Source: Styela clava
Lineage: Eukaryota
Direction: 5' to 3'
DNA: 64,000 nucleotides
Assembly: GCF_964204865.1 (NCBI RefSeq)
Contig: NC_135257.1
Span: forward strand, 15,996,001-16,060,000
Shown: one piece after another, positions 11,416 through 22,647 of the stretch
Layout: each line of letters opens with the position of its first letter
How positions within the stretch are numbered: position 1 is the first letter of the stretch
Position numbers and translations under genes: made by a program
The notes under the pieces: model-generated
What the model was told of the DNA's origin: nothing
The model's database searches: none
Seen by the model: only the letters and a program-made list of their open reading frames with translations

Positions 11416-14400
11416 CTACCACAATTTTCTTCCAATAAATTCAAATAACATATCATTGTAAGGCTTGAAGAATGTGTCCAAAATTTTTAGTGAGTTCGGA
11501 TTCGGTACGAATGAGGTAGAATTTGATCGAGTTCTTCCTTTCGCCCTCCCATGCGCTGTCGCAGTATAACAATTCATCGGAGCGTACTTGACTTTTGAGT
11601 CAGCCACACTGGTAGGTCTGATGCAATATAAACCAGTATCTGGATTTTTCACGAAATCGTCAGGCAGAATCATCCTTGGAATTCCTAGAAAATCTTGAAG
11701 CTGGAAATAAATAAAGCAGAATGAAACGGAATGATTAAAAAATGAAAAAATGCGGTATAGTCATTTTGAAATTTATTTCAAAAAGGGGATTCCGCCTTCA
11801 AGATTCCGCTTCCTATAAAAGGCCAGCAATAGTATATGCGCATATGTAGCGACACTTAACGCCAACTCGGCCGCTTCGTAACGCCTACCGCCTTCGGTTT
11901 TGGGGGTTCAAATTGTTTGGCGCTCTACTTGTAGCTGCAGCAAGACACACGTGTCAGACGCAAGGTTCTGTCTGTCCCGGAAGCTTCAATCTAATTTTAA
12001 AGTCAAGTTATTTTATCGTTCATCCGATTCGCTCATTTGATTTTAGTGTTATTTCGTTGTTTTGAATTGAAGATTATAATATACTGACATATTACGAATC
12101 TGTATCAGAGGCTTCATAGAGCGGACTTTAAAGAAAGCCCGGTCTCGTCACCGGAAATCAAAACATTTAAACCTCCAAACGCCGTGTACTGTGAAGCGTA
12201 ATAGTTGTTATTATTCTGAAATAAGATTTTGAGTTATTAAAATCAGATGTAGCGCACATACCTTCTCTACCACGGCTCCAGAATTATATTGAAGTTCTTC
12301 TCCACTCACTACAAACAATTGATCCAATGAAAAATACTTCAACCACCTGGCATAAAGAAAATATGGAAATATAATTCGACAAAAACAACGTCTACTATGT
12401 TCAATAAAAAGATATGTAAAATTGGAGAAATATTATATGTAAATATTTTTTCGGATCGTATTCAATAGCTTGGCTACGGCACATATCCAGTACAAGCATG
12501 AAAATATTAAAATAGACTAGAATATTTCTGGAATTGCCTATTTAATTCGTTACATATTGAGAAGTATTGGATTGTGGGAGAACTAGGGTTCTAGTCAGTA
12601 TTTTTATGCTGCTACACTGAAACGGGTCAGGTCAACACAGTGACGTATCTAGGGTGTGGGAGCCATGGCTCGTGCCATGGGCGCCGTTTGGATAGGGGCG
12701 CAAAAAAGGCGAAAAGTTTTAATCGTTAAATGTTTCAATAAAAACAAATTCGAATTAGTAATAACTGAAACTCGTAGTTTTACTCAAATAATAACGTACA
12801 ATTAACTCATTTCCATGAGAGTCATTATAAATTGTGAACTAACTATCAAGGGGGCGCATTTTCAAATTTTGCCATGGGCGCAATTTTATGTAGATACGCC
12901 ACTGGGTCAACACGCTAAATACTAGGCTATGGTTCAATTTGTTGCAACATTACTTTCGAAAAACTTGCATTGCAATTAATGCTAATCACCTAAAATTACC
13001 TTTTCAGCGAATGGTAGTAAATTCCTCTGGTCAGAATATGAGAATCTCCCATACGCTTATGCCAAGCATCTGAAATTGTTTCAAAGTTGTCCTCATCAGT
13101 TTTTGAGAATTTTATTCTTGCTTCACGAACAAACTTATTGACATAATTATCAAAGCTCCCCCGAAATTTTATACTTCCCAGCGCCGTCTGTAGAAAAAAC
13201 GAAATTAATGAATGCTCCCGTCTAAGTCAATAATATAAAAGTATGCAACTGGACAACTTTGCTAAACTCGACAAACAAAACTATTCGGAACATTTGGCTT
13301 TATAACAAGTCCATGCTGATTGATAAACAACTATAGGACTAAATATATATAGTATACAACTTTAAATCAGAGCCAATGTTCAAATTGATTTTGAAAAAAT
13401 ATATATGCACAATATGAATAATATGATTGTGAAATCATTACAATTAAATCATGTCTTGATAATATATAAACGTACGTAGTAATTTTAACCGTTGGGGGTA
13501 CTACTCGATAGCACGCAGTTTTACTGTATTATCGAGCGGTTTATATTTGTAGCAAACTGGCGAACGCCTCAGGATAGGATAGGATTTACATATTTATCCC
13601 GGGGGAGAGGAAAGTCGATGAGACGAATTTTTCATATGGCGAACCCCGGCCTCTCGTCCGGTTACCAGTCCAGGTCGGGTATGGGATTAGTTAGTTATTT
13701 GTTTTCGGAAGCATGGACTTGATGGTGGAGGAAGCCGTAATCGACCAGCGGTTACGTGAACCACCCTACGGCGGCGAGGAGTCCAGCAATCCTCTCGTAC
13801 ATGAACATCCCCGCATGGGATTCGGACCTTCGATCCCACGAAGGGTAAGAGATGCGGTGGCGAGCGTATTCCTAACGTTTTTATTTTTATTTTTTATTCC
13901 TAAGCGTATTTCTAACGCTTAGCACGATGTGCCCTTCACCACCGAGTTGATGGGGTTGTAATAGAATATGATAATTGAATGAAGCTATTTAGTCATTAAT
14001 TGTAACCTAATTACCTCATGAACAAAATCTGAAAACGTTCGCAGTGTAGGATTGCATAACACGAGCCACAATTTAACATTTGGCAACTGAGATATTATTC
14101 TTGCTGGCGTCTCTGGTGTTCCAAAATTAAAATAACCTGGAGTCTTTTCCATGCATAATTCATTTTTTGTAGTATTAGGCAATTTACTTCTGTAACATAA
14201 AAAATAGCAATTGATTCACTATTCATTATTACTGAAACAGATCATAAGTTTAGCATCCCCATTGGGGGATACGTCACAAACAATATGAGGCATTTTTAGG
14301 GAAATAAATGTTAAAAGTTACTATTTTTCATGTCAATTCTACGTTTCATGTGTCTCGTACTTAAATATTTTAATTTTAAACTTCAGTGAAATAGTGCTGT

Positions 14401-16669
14401 AATGTGTTTTTGAATTTAATCCAATTAACTCTATATTTGAATCAAAGCAATAACACCATAATCTTTATTTCTGCAAAAAAACATTTGATATGCGGAATTC
14501 TCCACATCTCATTGTCTCACTTTTTAGCCATTAATACAATAAGAACGGAATCATTTTCATAAAGTTGTGCAGTTTTCTGTTATCTTATTTCTATTTATTA
14601 TATTGTGAAATATTTTTGAAATTCCAAAACTGAAAATTATATATTTCGTATAGTACACCCGAAGTATGTGAACCAAGATGGCGGACACCGGAACGTAATA
14701 TGTATTGTGTACATGGTTAGGGTTAGGTCATAATTGTATTCCAATTTTTCTTATTTTAGTTCTATTACGAGTTCGGGGACTAGCCAAGTGACTCCCGTAG
14801 TATTTGTACCTGAAATTATGGCCTAACGTTAATCTGGTACATATACTACGTTCCGCCATCTTGGTTCACATATTTCGGGAGTACCTTTCTTATTTTGGCA
14901 AACTATTTCTGGATACAACGTACCGATAAAATTCCATTCCTTTGAAATAATCCCCATTATTGAAAAAATGAACTTCGTTCAAGCCAACCTTTATCATTGG
15001 ATGGTGTTGTAACGCAAACTGCAACCACCCGGTTCCGCATTTTTCAGCGCCTATTCCGATGATGTCAGGAAGACGTTTCATTTTCTGAACAAGATGTATA
15101 GCACAAAACAGTAAGTTATTTAGAGATTATAGTAAGTGATTATTTGATATTTCCTCACAGCACAATAAATCACCTCATTGTTTTTATTTCTTTTGTAGAA
15201 TTCTAACACGAGTCTGTCTCTTTCTGTCATACCCGATTTTGCGTCTGAAAATAAAAACGTAGCGAAGTGATTTATTACCCCTGGCATCGAGAATGATATG
15301 CAAAATTAATATTTAACGATATTTAATCTCCTAATTCGATCATATAAAAACAACTGTATATATAATATTTCCACCATTCAAGTAGACCTAAGTAACATCT
15401 AATTTAAAAACAATCAGAGATGAGAAAAGATTCCTCTATCCACGCCGTAGAGACGATAAAGTTAGTACAGATCGAGTATGGAAATAATGGGTAACAGTTA
15501 ATCGTTCCAAGCACGAGCACACGGATACTCCATGTTAACGGAAGATTACGCGAACCATTTTGTGATGGCGAGGAAACGGGGCAATCAGTCGGGCTTTAGC
15601 TATCGTCACCTGTTTAATAGACCGATTGATCAACATTTGAGTTTCATCACTGTAAAACCTCAGTTTAGGGTACTCCCGTAGTATGTGTACTAAGTTAGGG
15701 TTAGGGCATAATTTTATTCTGATTTTCCTTCTTCAGTTTTATTACGAGGACGGGGGCTGTCTGTGTTAGCCAACTGCTCATAGATTTCAGTTCTTTTACA
15801 GTGCAGGGGTCTCCAACTCAAAACATGTCGCGGGCCAATTTTTGAAAGTTATTGACCACGCGGGCCGCAAACCAAGAACTTAGATACAAAAATGGGTATC
15901 TGAGTGTATCGTGATGAAATTATACTTGAATCTTACCGCCAACAAAACATGAAACATATTCATTTACTTGTGCTGGATATTTGGATTTGATGTTTTGCGT
16001 TAGTTTGCTAGTCTTAATAAAACAGCATGTTTTGTCTTGCTAACTTTCATATTTGAAAAAAAAACTGCTCGCAAATTTAAGAACTGCCAAACATCGCAGG
16101 TATGCAACGTGAATATGCAATTAGCTCTGCAAACCTTTCTTCAGAGACAATGAACTGACCGAAACTCGTTTAGTTCGAAATCATTGTATTTATAATTGAA
16201 TTGTAACAATAGAATAAAACATGAACGTGGTAAAGTGGAATAACAAGGGAAATGTTTGCTTCACTTTTTACAGTATCTTGATGATAATAGACACGATAAA
16301 ACTTACTAATAGTTTTGACATTGTACTATTTAGGTTTTTGTGGGAAAATCCCGACCATGACGCGGGCCGCAAAAAAATGCCTGGCGGGCCGCGTGTTGGA
16401 GACCCCTGCTTTACACAACTTGATGTAAAATGGGCCAACAAATGATCTACCATACACATACTTCTGGAGCGCCCTGTTTAGAACTTTTACACAATATGAT
16501 TATTTTTGTAACTCTAACGCACTTACTTACCTACTTGCTTCTCAGTCATATATATAATCTTTCGAAATCTCCACATTCTTAATAACTGCACTCCTAAAAT
16601 GGTTATCCCAACGGTAACCAAAAATAACACGAGGGATTTCAGTAAAAATCTTCGACTATGAGTATACAT
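11416..16669 (-). CDS. Heparan sulfate glucosamine 3-O-sulfotransferase-like (HS3ST family), type II membrane protein, 7 exons
   Basis: Approximate exons: 16669-16531 (MYTHSRRFLLKSLVLFLVTVGITILGVQLL, TM anchor), 15244-15174, 15084-14923 (KRLPDIIGIGAEKCGT..EVHFFN), 14188-14016 (EKTPGYF..CNPTLRTFSD), 13187-13000, 12346-12263 (RWLKYFSLDQLFVVSGE), 11701-11416 (QDFLGI..GLYC..C..KGR..FFKPYN). Confidence 0.88.
12638..12904. mobile_element. 267-bp hAT MITE
   Basis: TIR CAGTGACGTATCTA / TAGATACGCCACTG (13/14), perfect 8-bp TSD GGTCAACA, repeated GCCATGGGCGC motifs. Confidence 0.9.
13571..13945 (-). mobile_element. tRNA-derived SINE, near full length
   Basis: On the minus strand: B-box-like GGTCCGAATCC, GC-rich body and (ATCCT)n tail. 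3' fragments of the same element lie at about 18166-18308 and 48154-48301 (+). Confidence 0.75.
14652..14885. mobile_element. Merlin-like MITE (GG..CC ends, 8-bp TSD)
   Basis: About 34-bp TIR (g)GTAC.CCCGAAGTATGTGAACCAAGATGGCGGA, TSD TTTCGTAT/TTTCTTAT, internal GGTTAGGGTTAGG. Confidence 0.75.
15669..16473. mobile_element. Second copy of the Merlin-like MITE, interrupted by a hAT MITE
   Basis: Ends GGTACTCCCGTAGTATGTG / CACATACTTCTGGAGCGCC, TSD CAGTTTAG/CTGTTTAG, internal GTTAGGGTTAGGG. Confidence 0.7.
15804..16408. mobile_element. hAT (Charlie-like) MITE
   Basis: Perfect 14-bp TIR CAGGGGTCTCCAAC / GTTGGAGACCCCTG and repeated CGCGGGCCGC subterminal motifs. TSD is not clean. Confidence 0.8.
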
Positions 16670-17216
16670 ATTATCCTATGCTATTCTCGTGAAGAATATT
16701 TTCGATTAGAATTGTCATTGTAACAAGACTATATTCAAGTGCCTGAGGGCAACTTCATTCCGGTTTTGTGATGTGGTACTAACATAGATTGGCCGTAGAT
16801 TAATAAAGATTCCTTTAGAATTTAAACGATGACGTTTCTGTGAATTGTATTTTATTCCATTTCACATTTTTTAAAAGTCATCAAATCACAGTCATAACAT
16901 TTTTATTTATGTTGTCGTGGCATTCTTCGTGCGCCAATGATATTGTGTTGCAGTACATTGCATTCAATAGAAATGGAAAAAAAAATCTCCTAGTTCAGTA
17001 CAATTAGAATATATTCACTTGTGCTTGAAGATATTGTACAAAGCGATTTACAGAACATTAATTAAATACCCGAATACTGCATCCTGTGTCTATTGGGTAA
17101 AAATCTAAAATTTATATGTCGCTTACGTGATGGTTTGGTTTTCCAACATGTGTCGGTGTCCATCACTTTATTGTTTGTGATTCCACTGTTTTTTTCTTGT
17201 ACGACATGGGCATATG

Positions 17217-17728
17217 CAGTGTTTCCCCAAAAATAAGACCTAGCCTAAAATGATATAGGGATAATGTTGTTATTTTGGTAAGATTTCACTGTTGTTTTTC
17301 AGATTAATAATATTAATCTATTACTGCCTATTTGTCGTCGTTTAACGACAGACGATAAACTGTTGTCCACCAACACCTATAACCAGCCAAAATATATTTT
17401 CTTACCCCCAAAATAATACCCAGCATGTTTTGAAAATGATTTCAATATAAGCTCTCCCCTTAAAATGAGACCTAATCGATAGCGCAAATTTTTTTTTTTT
17501 TTTGACTTAGTCTTAGTTAGTCGAAAGCATAAAATCTCTCTTACACGTTCTAAAAGCTTGATTATTTTTGAATATTCTATGTTTAGCATTCTAAATAAAT
17601 ATGAACCGCGTTGTGTAATTTTGTTTTTGGACAATGAGAACAAAAGACATCCCCCAAAATAGGATCTAGGCGTTATTTTTCGAAAAAAATTTGAAATACC
17701 ACCCTATTTTATTTTCCGGGAAACACAA
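17217..17728. mobile_element. Tc2/pogo-like MITE
   Basis: Ends CAGTGTTTCCCCAAAAATAAGAC / TTATTTTCCGGGAAACAC; same family as 4306-4644. Confidence 0.7.
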
Positions 17729-18165
17729 TTATCACGCACTTGAAGGCCTTGTGCGCACTCATCTTAATTCCCGCATATACATTTTTACGCAAGATACTCA
17801 GCCAGTGCCTCATGAATTCGAGTTTTTGACTAATGCATTTAAAAGGCTCACACCGCATTTTACGATACAGCAACTTTGCTAAATTTTCGTCCTGTTTGTT
17901 GCAATGGATGCCTTGGCGGGGTTAAAAATACATCATATATATAATCAAATTCTTAATTATTGTTAATATAATATACTCCAATTCACAATCGTTATTTACT
18001 AATGAGTACTAATGCGTAACAATTTCACCCCTAGATTGTAAATACTTGCTTGTCTAACACCTAGGTATTCTGAAGTTTTGAAATTATGCGCTTGATATAG
18101 GACTACGCATCATGTCTGTATGTGCCAAATTTGTATTTTTCTACAGTTGGCAAAGTTCAATCAAA

Positions 18166-18308
18166 TCAAGTTCCTGCATCCGAAAAAATAACTGGCTAAC
18201 TAATCCCACACCCGCCATGGACTGGAAACCGACTACTGTCCGTAAATTGGCCATATAAAGCCTAAATCAGCTTTCCTCGCGATAAATATGTAAAGCCCAT
18301 CTTATCCT
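18166..18308 (+). mobile_element. 3' fragment of the SINE at 13571-13945
   Basis: Shared ctaactaatccca.acccg.c.tggactgg and gataaatatgtaaa..atcct tail. Confidence 0.65.
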
Positions 18309-18706
18309 AAGTTCAAGATGTTTGTTCGCTTGATTTTCCGAAATATCTACTATTTAAACTTTGATAAGATTCTTTTTGGTCTTTTTAAAATCTTAGTTAG
18401 GGTTTCTGTACTTACTGTGCACATAATATTTTTTCATTCTTGCGTATTGTATTATGTGTTGTGTTGAAAGATGAGTCGAAATAAAGAGAATGTTGATCAG
18501 TGGGGGGAGCACTGTTTTTTTTTACGCGTGGGATCAAATTGCTACACCGATAAGCAATAGTTATTATCAGGATAAATTCTCGAGGATATTTTTCTCATAA
18601 AAGTAGCCTACATGATAAAGATTTTCTCAAAGACTGGTCACTTGGTTGGGGTTTAGGTTGCTGTGAATTTACATTCTACTTGTTCTTTAATTATATTCAA
18701 GCTGTA

Positions 18707-21700
18707 ATGGTTATGAAAGAGACCGAGATGAGTTCTGGCCAGATTTTAAGAAGGAACCCACCTGGGACAAAGAGTGCTGTAAGTGAACCTTGAAAGCCAT
18801 GTTAGTGTAATTTAAAACTGAAAAATTAGAAATCAGTTTGCGTGTCAAGATTTGACCAAATTCTCGAAATTGGAGCTTATTTGTTCTATTTTGATTCCTT
18901 ACTGCCTTAGTTGAATATTTTCAAATCAAAGTCTTTTTCAATATGCCTAGGCCTATTTCTGTTTTGAGTAAGTTTTTAATGTGACATAGGCTTGTCTAAA
19001 ACTCAAATCCCTTTAACAAACTTCTGAGTAAAATGAAAAGCCAATATACCTACAAACATTTGCATTGTACTGCTGTACTGTTTTTACCAAAATATCTAAA
19101 GTTGATTGTTGCGCATGTTCCAAAATCCTGTTTAAATTACAATTCTTTTTTAAAATTGTCATTTCCAATTCAGATCAATTTCAAATCTTTAACTTGTTTA
19201 CCCCAATATTCAGGATCTCTATAACTGGCCAGACCAGAGTTTTGATGAGATGGATACAACACTGGCTGTCCAGCAATATATTCAACAAACCATTCGTAAA
19301 GATTACAGTGATATTGATCAAATATTATCAGCTCCAGAGGGTCAGGATGAAGGAGTATGGAAATATGAACATCTTAGGTGACCGCATAATAATACATAAT
19401 TTCTATGACGATACAATTGAGTACCATCTGATTATTTTTTTTTCAAATTCAGTATGCATGATATTTCATCAACCTATTAGTCCTATCCTTTATGTAACTC
19501 AGAAAAAGTGACTTTGGATAAACAAAAATTTTAGTTTTGGTTTTTAATTACATAAACATCACCAATCGTAATATTTTTTTACATTGTTGACGAGAATCTT
19601 GTTTTCTGACTTTTCAAAGTTCAAAATTGAATCATAAGAAAATTTGATTTCATATTTCAGATTAGGACTTCTGCTACTTTTCCTGTATCGAAAATAAAGC
19701 TGACCAGGAAGATGCGAAGTCTGATTTTTCAATAATATTGCACTATAACAATCTTGTCTCATAAATGAATCTCTTTGGGCCCTATAAAATAAAACGCACA
19801 TGTCAATATTGTAATCACACAATTACCACCCTATAAAAATCTCTTTATATTTGCAGGCAATTTTGCTTGGAACTTAATGGGCTTGCGGTCAAGCTTCAGA
19901 CTGAATGTACAGCTGAAACATGTTCACAGATGACTGCAACAGAGCAGTGGATATTTCTTTGTGCTGCTCATAAAACTCCCAAAGAATGTCCTGCTATAGA
20001 TTACACAAGACATACATTAGATGGTGCTGCATGTTTATTAAACAGCAACAAGTATTTTCCAAGCAGGTACAACACTTGACAGGGAATATTTCAATGGTCT
20101 CTCATCTTGGGACCATTTCAGATCATGTATGACAATAGCTATACATTTGGTTGTTTCAGATGCATGAACTTTAATGACTTATGATGCTGCAACAAACCAG
20201 CGGTAATGTGAATCATCCTCTGATAAGGAGTTTAGCATCTTCTCTTGCTTATAATCATTCCCATAATATGCCATTGCAAGCAGAATAGACAGTGGGAAGT
20301 CTCACTCTGTTCTTAATACTTAGCATAATGAACCAACTATCAAGTCGTCGATTTTTCTGATTTTGTACCAATATTTGCCTAAAATTGATTATAATAATGA
20401 CACATGTACAAATGAAATGGAAAATTGTTCGACCAAATATATTGTTTTTTTCTCGGCTCGAAATTCTTGAAATAAGCAGGTTAAAATGCAACTTGAAGTT
20501 TTTTTGGTATGATATTTTACCTTACTTCATGCTACAAACTCAATTTTATATCTGAATATGAAATTAGAATTGAAGATAAATGATACATCTTGATGGTAAA
20601 TGGTTTCGTTTCACAGGTATATCATTTTAAATAATTATTAATTTTAAGGTATCTATGTGATATGTTTGTCAGTATATCGCTCAAAGTCATATGAGTATTT
20701 GTCAATGCACAATTCAACATTTTTAACGTTTTTCAGAGTCAGCATCAAAGAATCATCTGTGGCGAAGTTAGGATCTGTATGTAGAAGAGTTTATAGAATA
20801 TTTTCTCATGCTTATTATCACCATAGACACATATTTGATGAGTTCGAGGCTAGTGAATATTATTTCTTATTGTGTATGTGGGATTCAGGGGTGGTTCTAC
20901 GATGTCAAATAGTAAACAAAATCTTATTTAATTTAACTTTATAGGGCTATTTTTCTTTGTAAAAAGTGATATAAATCATTACTTTGCTGATGAATTAAAT
21001 GATTTGTAGTAAACGAAAGTACGGTAATTTTGGCAATCTGTCTTCCTAATGAAAAACTTGCAAATAAAACTAATTTTGGATTCCGTTTAACTACGGTAAG
21101 TTCCTTAGACAAATCTTACTGAACCGCTGTAAAGATCGTAAAATTTTAGCTTCCAACATGATTAAAATGTATCTTTAACGTATATTTTTATTCAAATCTT
21201 TTTAAAGCAAATTATTTTGCTATTACGGTTTGTGCTTAACCTGGAACAGGTGTTATGAAGCAAGATGTGAACTTTATTTACATTGCAGAATGAAAGTCAC
21301 CTCTGTCGTAGATTCACTGTCTTTGTTGTCAAATACAATTTAATGTCACGAGACAATTTAATAGTTCCAATACTGCCTGATCCTGAGGATCCATCCCCAA
21401 AGGAAACCTCTCCGACATACACTCTTGTATCATCACAGGTATGAAATATACTCTACGCAGTTTAGCATCACTGCTTTATGTTATGCTAAGTTTGCCGAAA
21501 AGTGTTTATTGAATATGTTTTACATGATTGTTTAATGTAATTTCATGTTATAGGTTGAAAATGAAGATGGACAACCTGCCGAGGACTCACCTCTCGATGA
21601 GACGCCTGCTACAGATGATACATTGTCAACGACAATCATACAAGCCGCAACTGCGGAACAATCAGAGGACGAACCAGTTAGATTTGTTTGCTATATAATA

Positions 21701-22647
21701 ATTACAAAATCTCTTTTTTTCGATGTCTTTTCACTCCTTCGTTTCACATAGTTCTCTGCACAAGCAGCCACTGATAGAAATAAAGAGCTTCTCATCGGAT
21801 TATATCCGGTTTAGCATTGCCTAATGCCCACCCAATTTATAGCCTTCTGTGTGAGGTGTTGGGCATGGAGTTTAAAACAAACATCTCGAACCTGCGAGCT
21901 GCGATGCCAACATTTTTATGTCCAACGCTCCAAGCTCCCACCCCCAAAAACAGATTCCAATCTAAATAGGTTCTGCTATCATTGCAGAATCCTATCTAAC
22001 TTTCAATCAAAATTCCGGGGATATTAAATCAGCTCGAATTCAGCCTCTTCTGGTTGGCAGGAGTCGGCTATTAGATTTTTGTCAGTCGACAGTGATCAAT
22101 CTTCAATTTCTATAATAGATTAAATTAATTGTAAAAGTTGTGTAATCTCATAATGTTGATTTTATGGTTGTATGTTTGAAATAATATTGGCCATTTGCAA
22201 TGAAGTAGTTGGTAGACCTTACGATCATGTTTTCTATATACCGTAATAACCATGACAATTCGCTATTTTGGGAATATACACTGGTGAATGTAGTTGTTTA
22301 TAACACATCAGGAGGATGTAAGTTTCTGGATCATTTTTATCATTTGTAAATAACCATGCCATTGCCAACATTATTCTCCATAGGTTTTTTTACTAATGTT
22401 GTTAATGTTAAAAATTCAGAAAATAACTCAGGAGGAAGGATTTGGACATTCCGGTGGAACTGCTGACTTTGCTACGCTCAAACTTTCAAAATCATCAGAC
22501 AAGAAGGATTCAACTAAAAGTGTGAATGCCAACAACAGCAACAATTTGGTTTCCAAATTAGAATCCACAATACTTGATTTAGCAGCAGCTGGGGATAATT
22601 CTGAACTTTCCCCTGAACGAAACGAGGAAACAGAAGATTCTGACTGA
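18707..22647 (+). CDS. MOB4: MOB-like protein phocein (MOB4) with extended acidic C-terminus, 7 exons
   Basis: Exons 18707-18778, 19214-19377, 19857-20066, 20737-20848 (GC donor), 21289-21438, 21554-21676, 22420-22647. Near-identity to MOB4 by recognition: [93 protein letters not shown]. Confidence 0.96.

Noticed and set aside
13770-13800. TCCTCGC HDV-ribozyme-like loop in the SINE (minus strand)
   Set aside because: The flanks do not form the P3 stem.
19065-19511. 148-aa ORF in MOB4
   Set aside because: Wrong frame over MOB4 exon 2 plus intron sequence.
20177-20228. C/D snoRNA-like TGATG...CTGA with short terminal stem in a MOB4 intron
   Set aside because: Only about 50 nt long with an imperfect box C.
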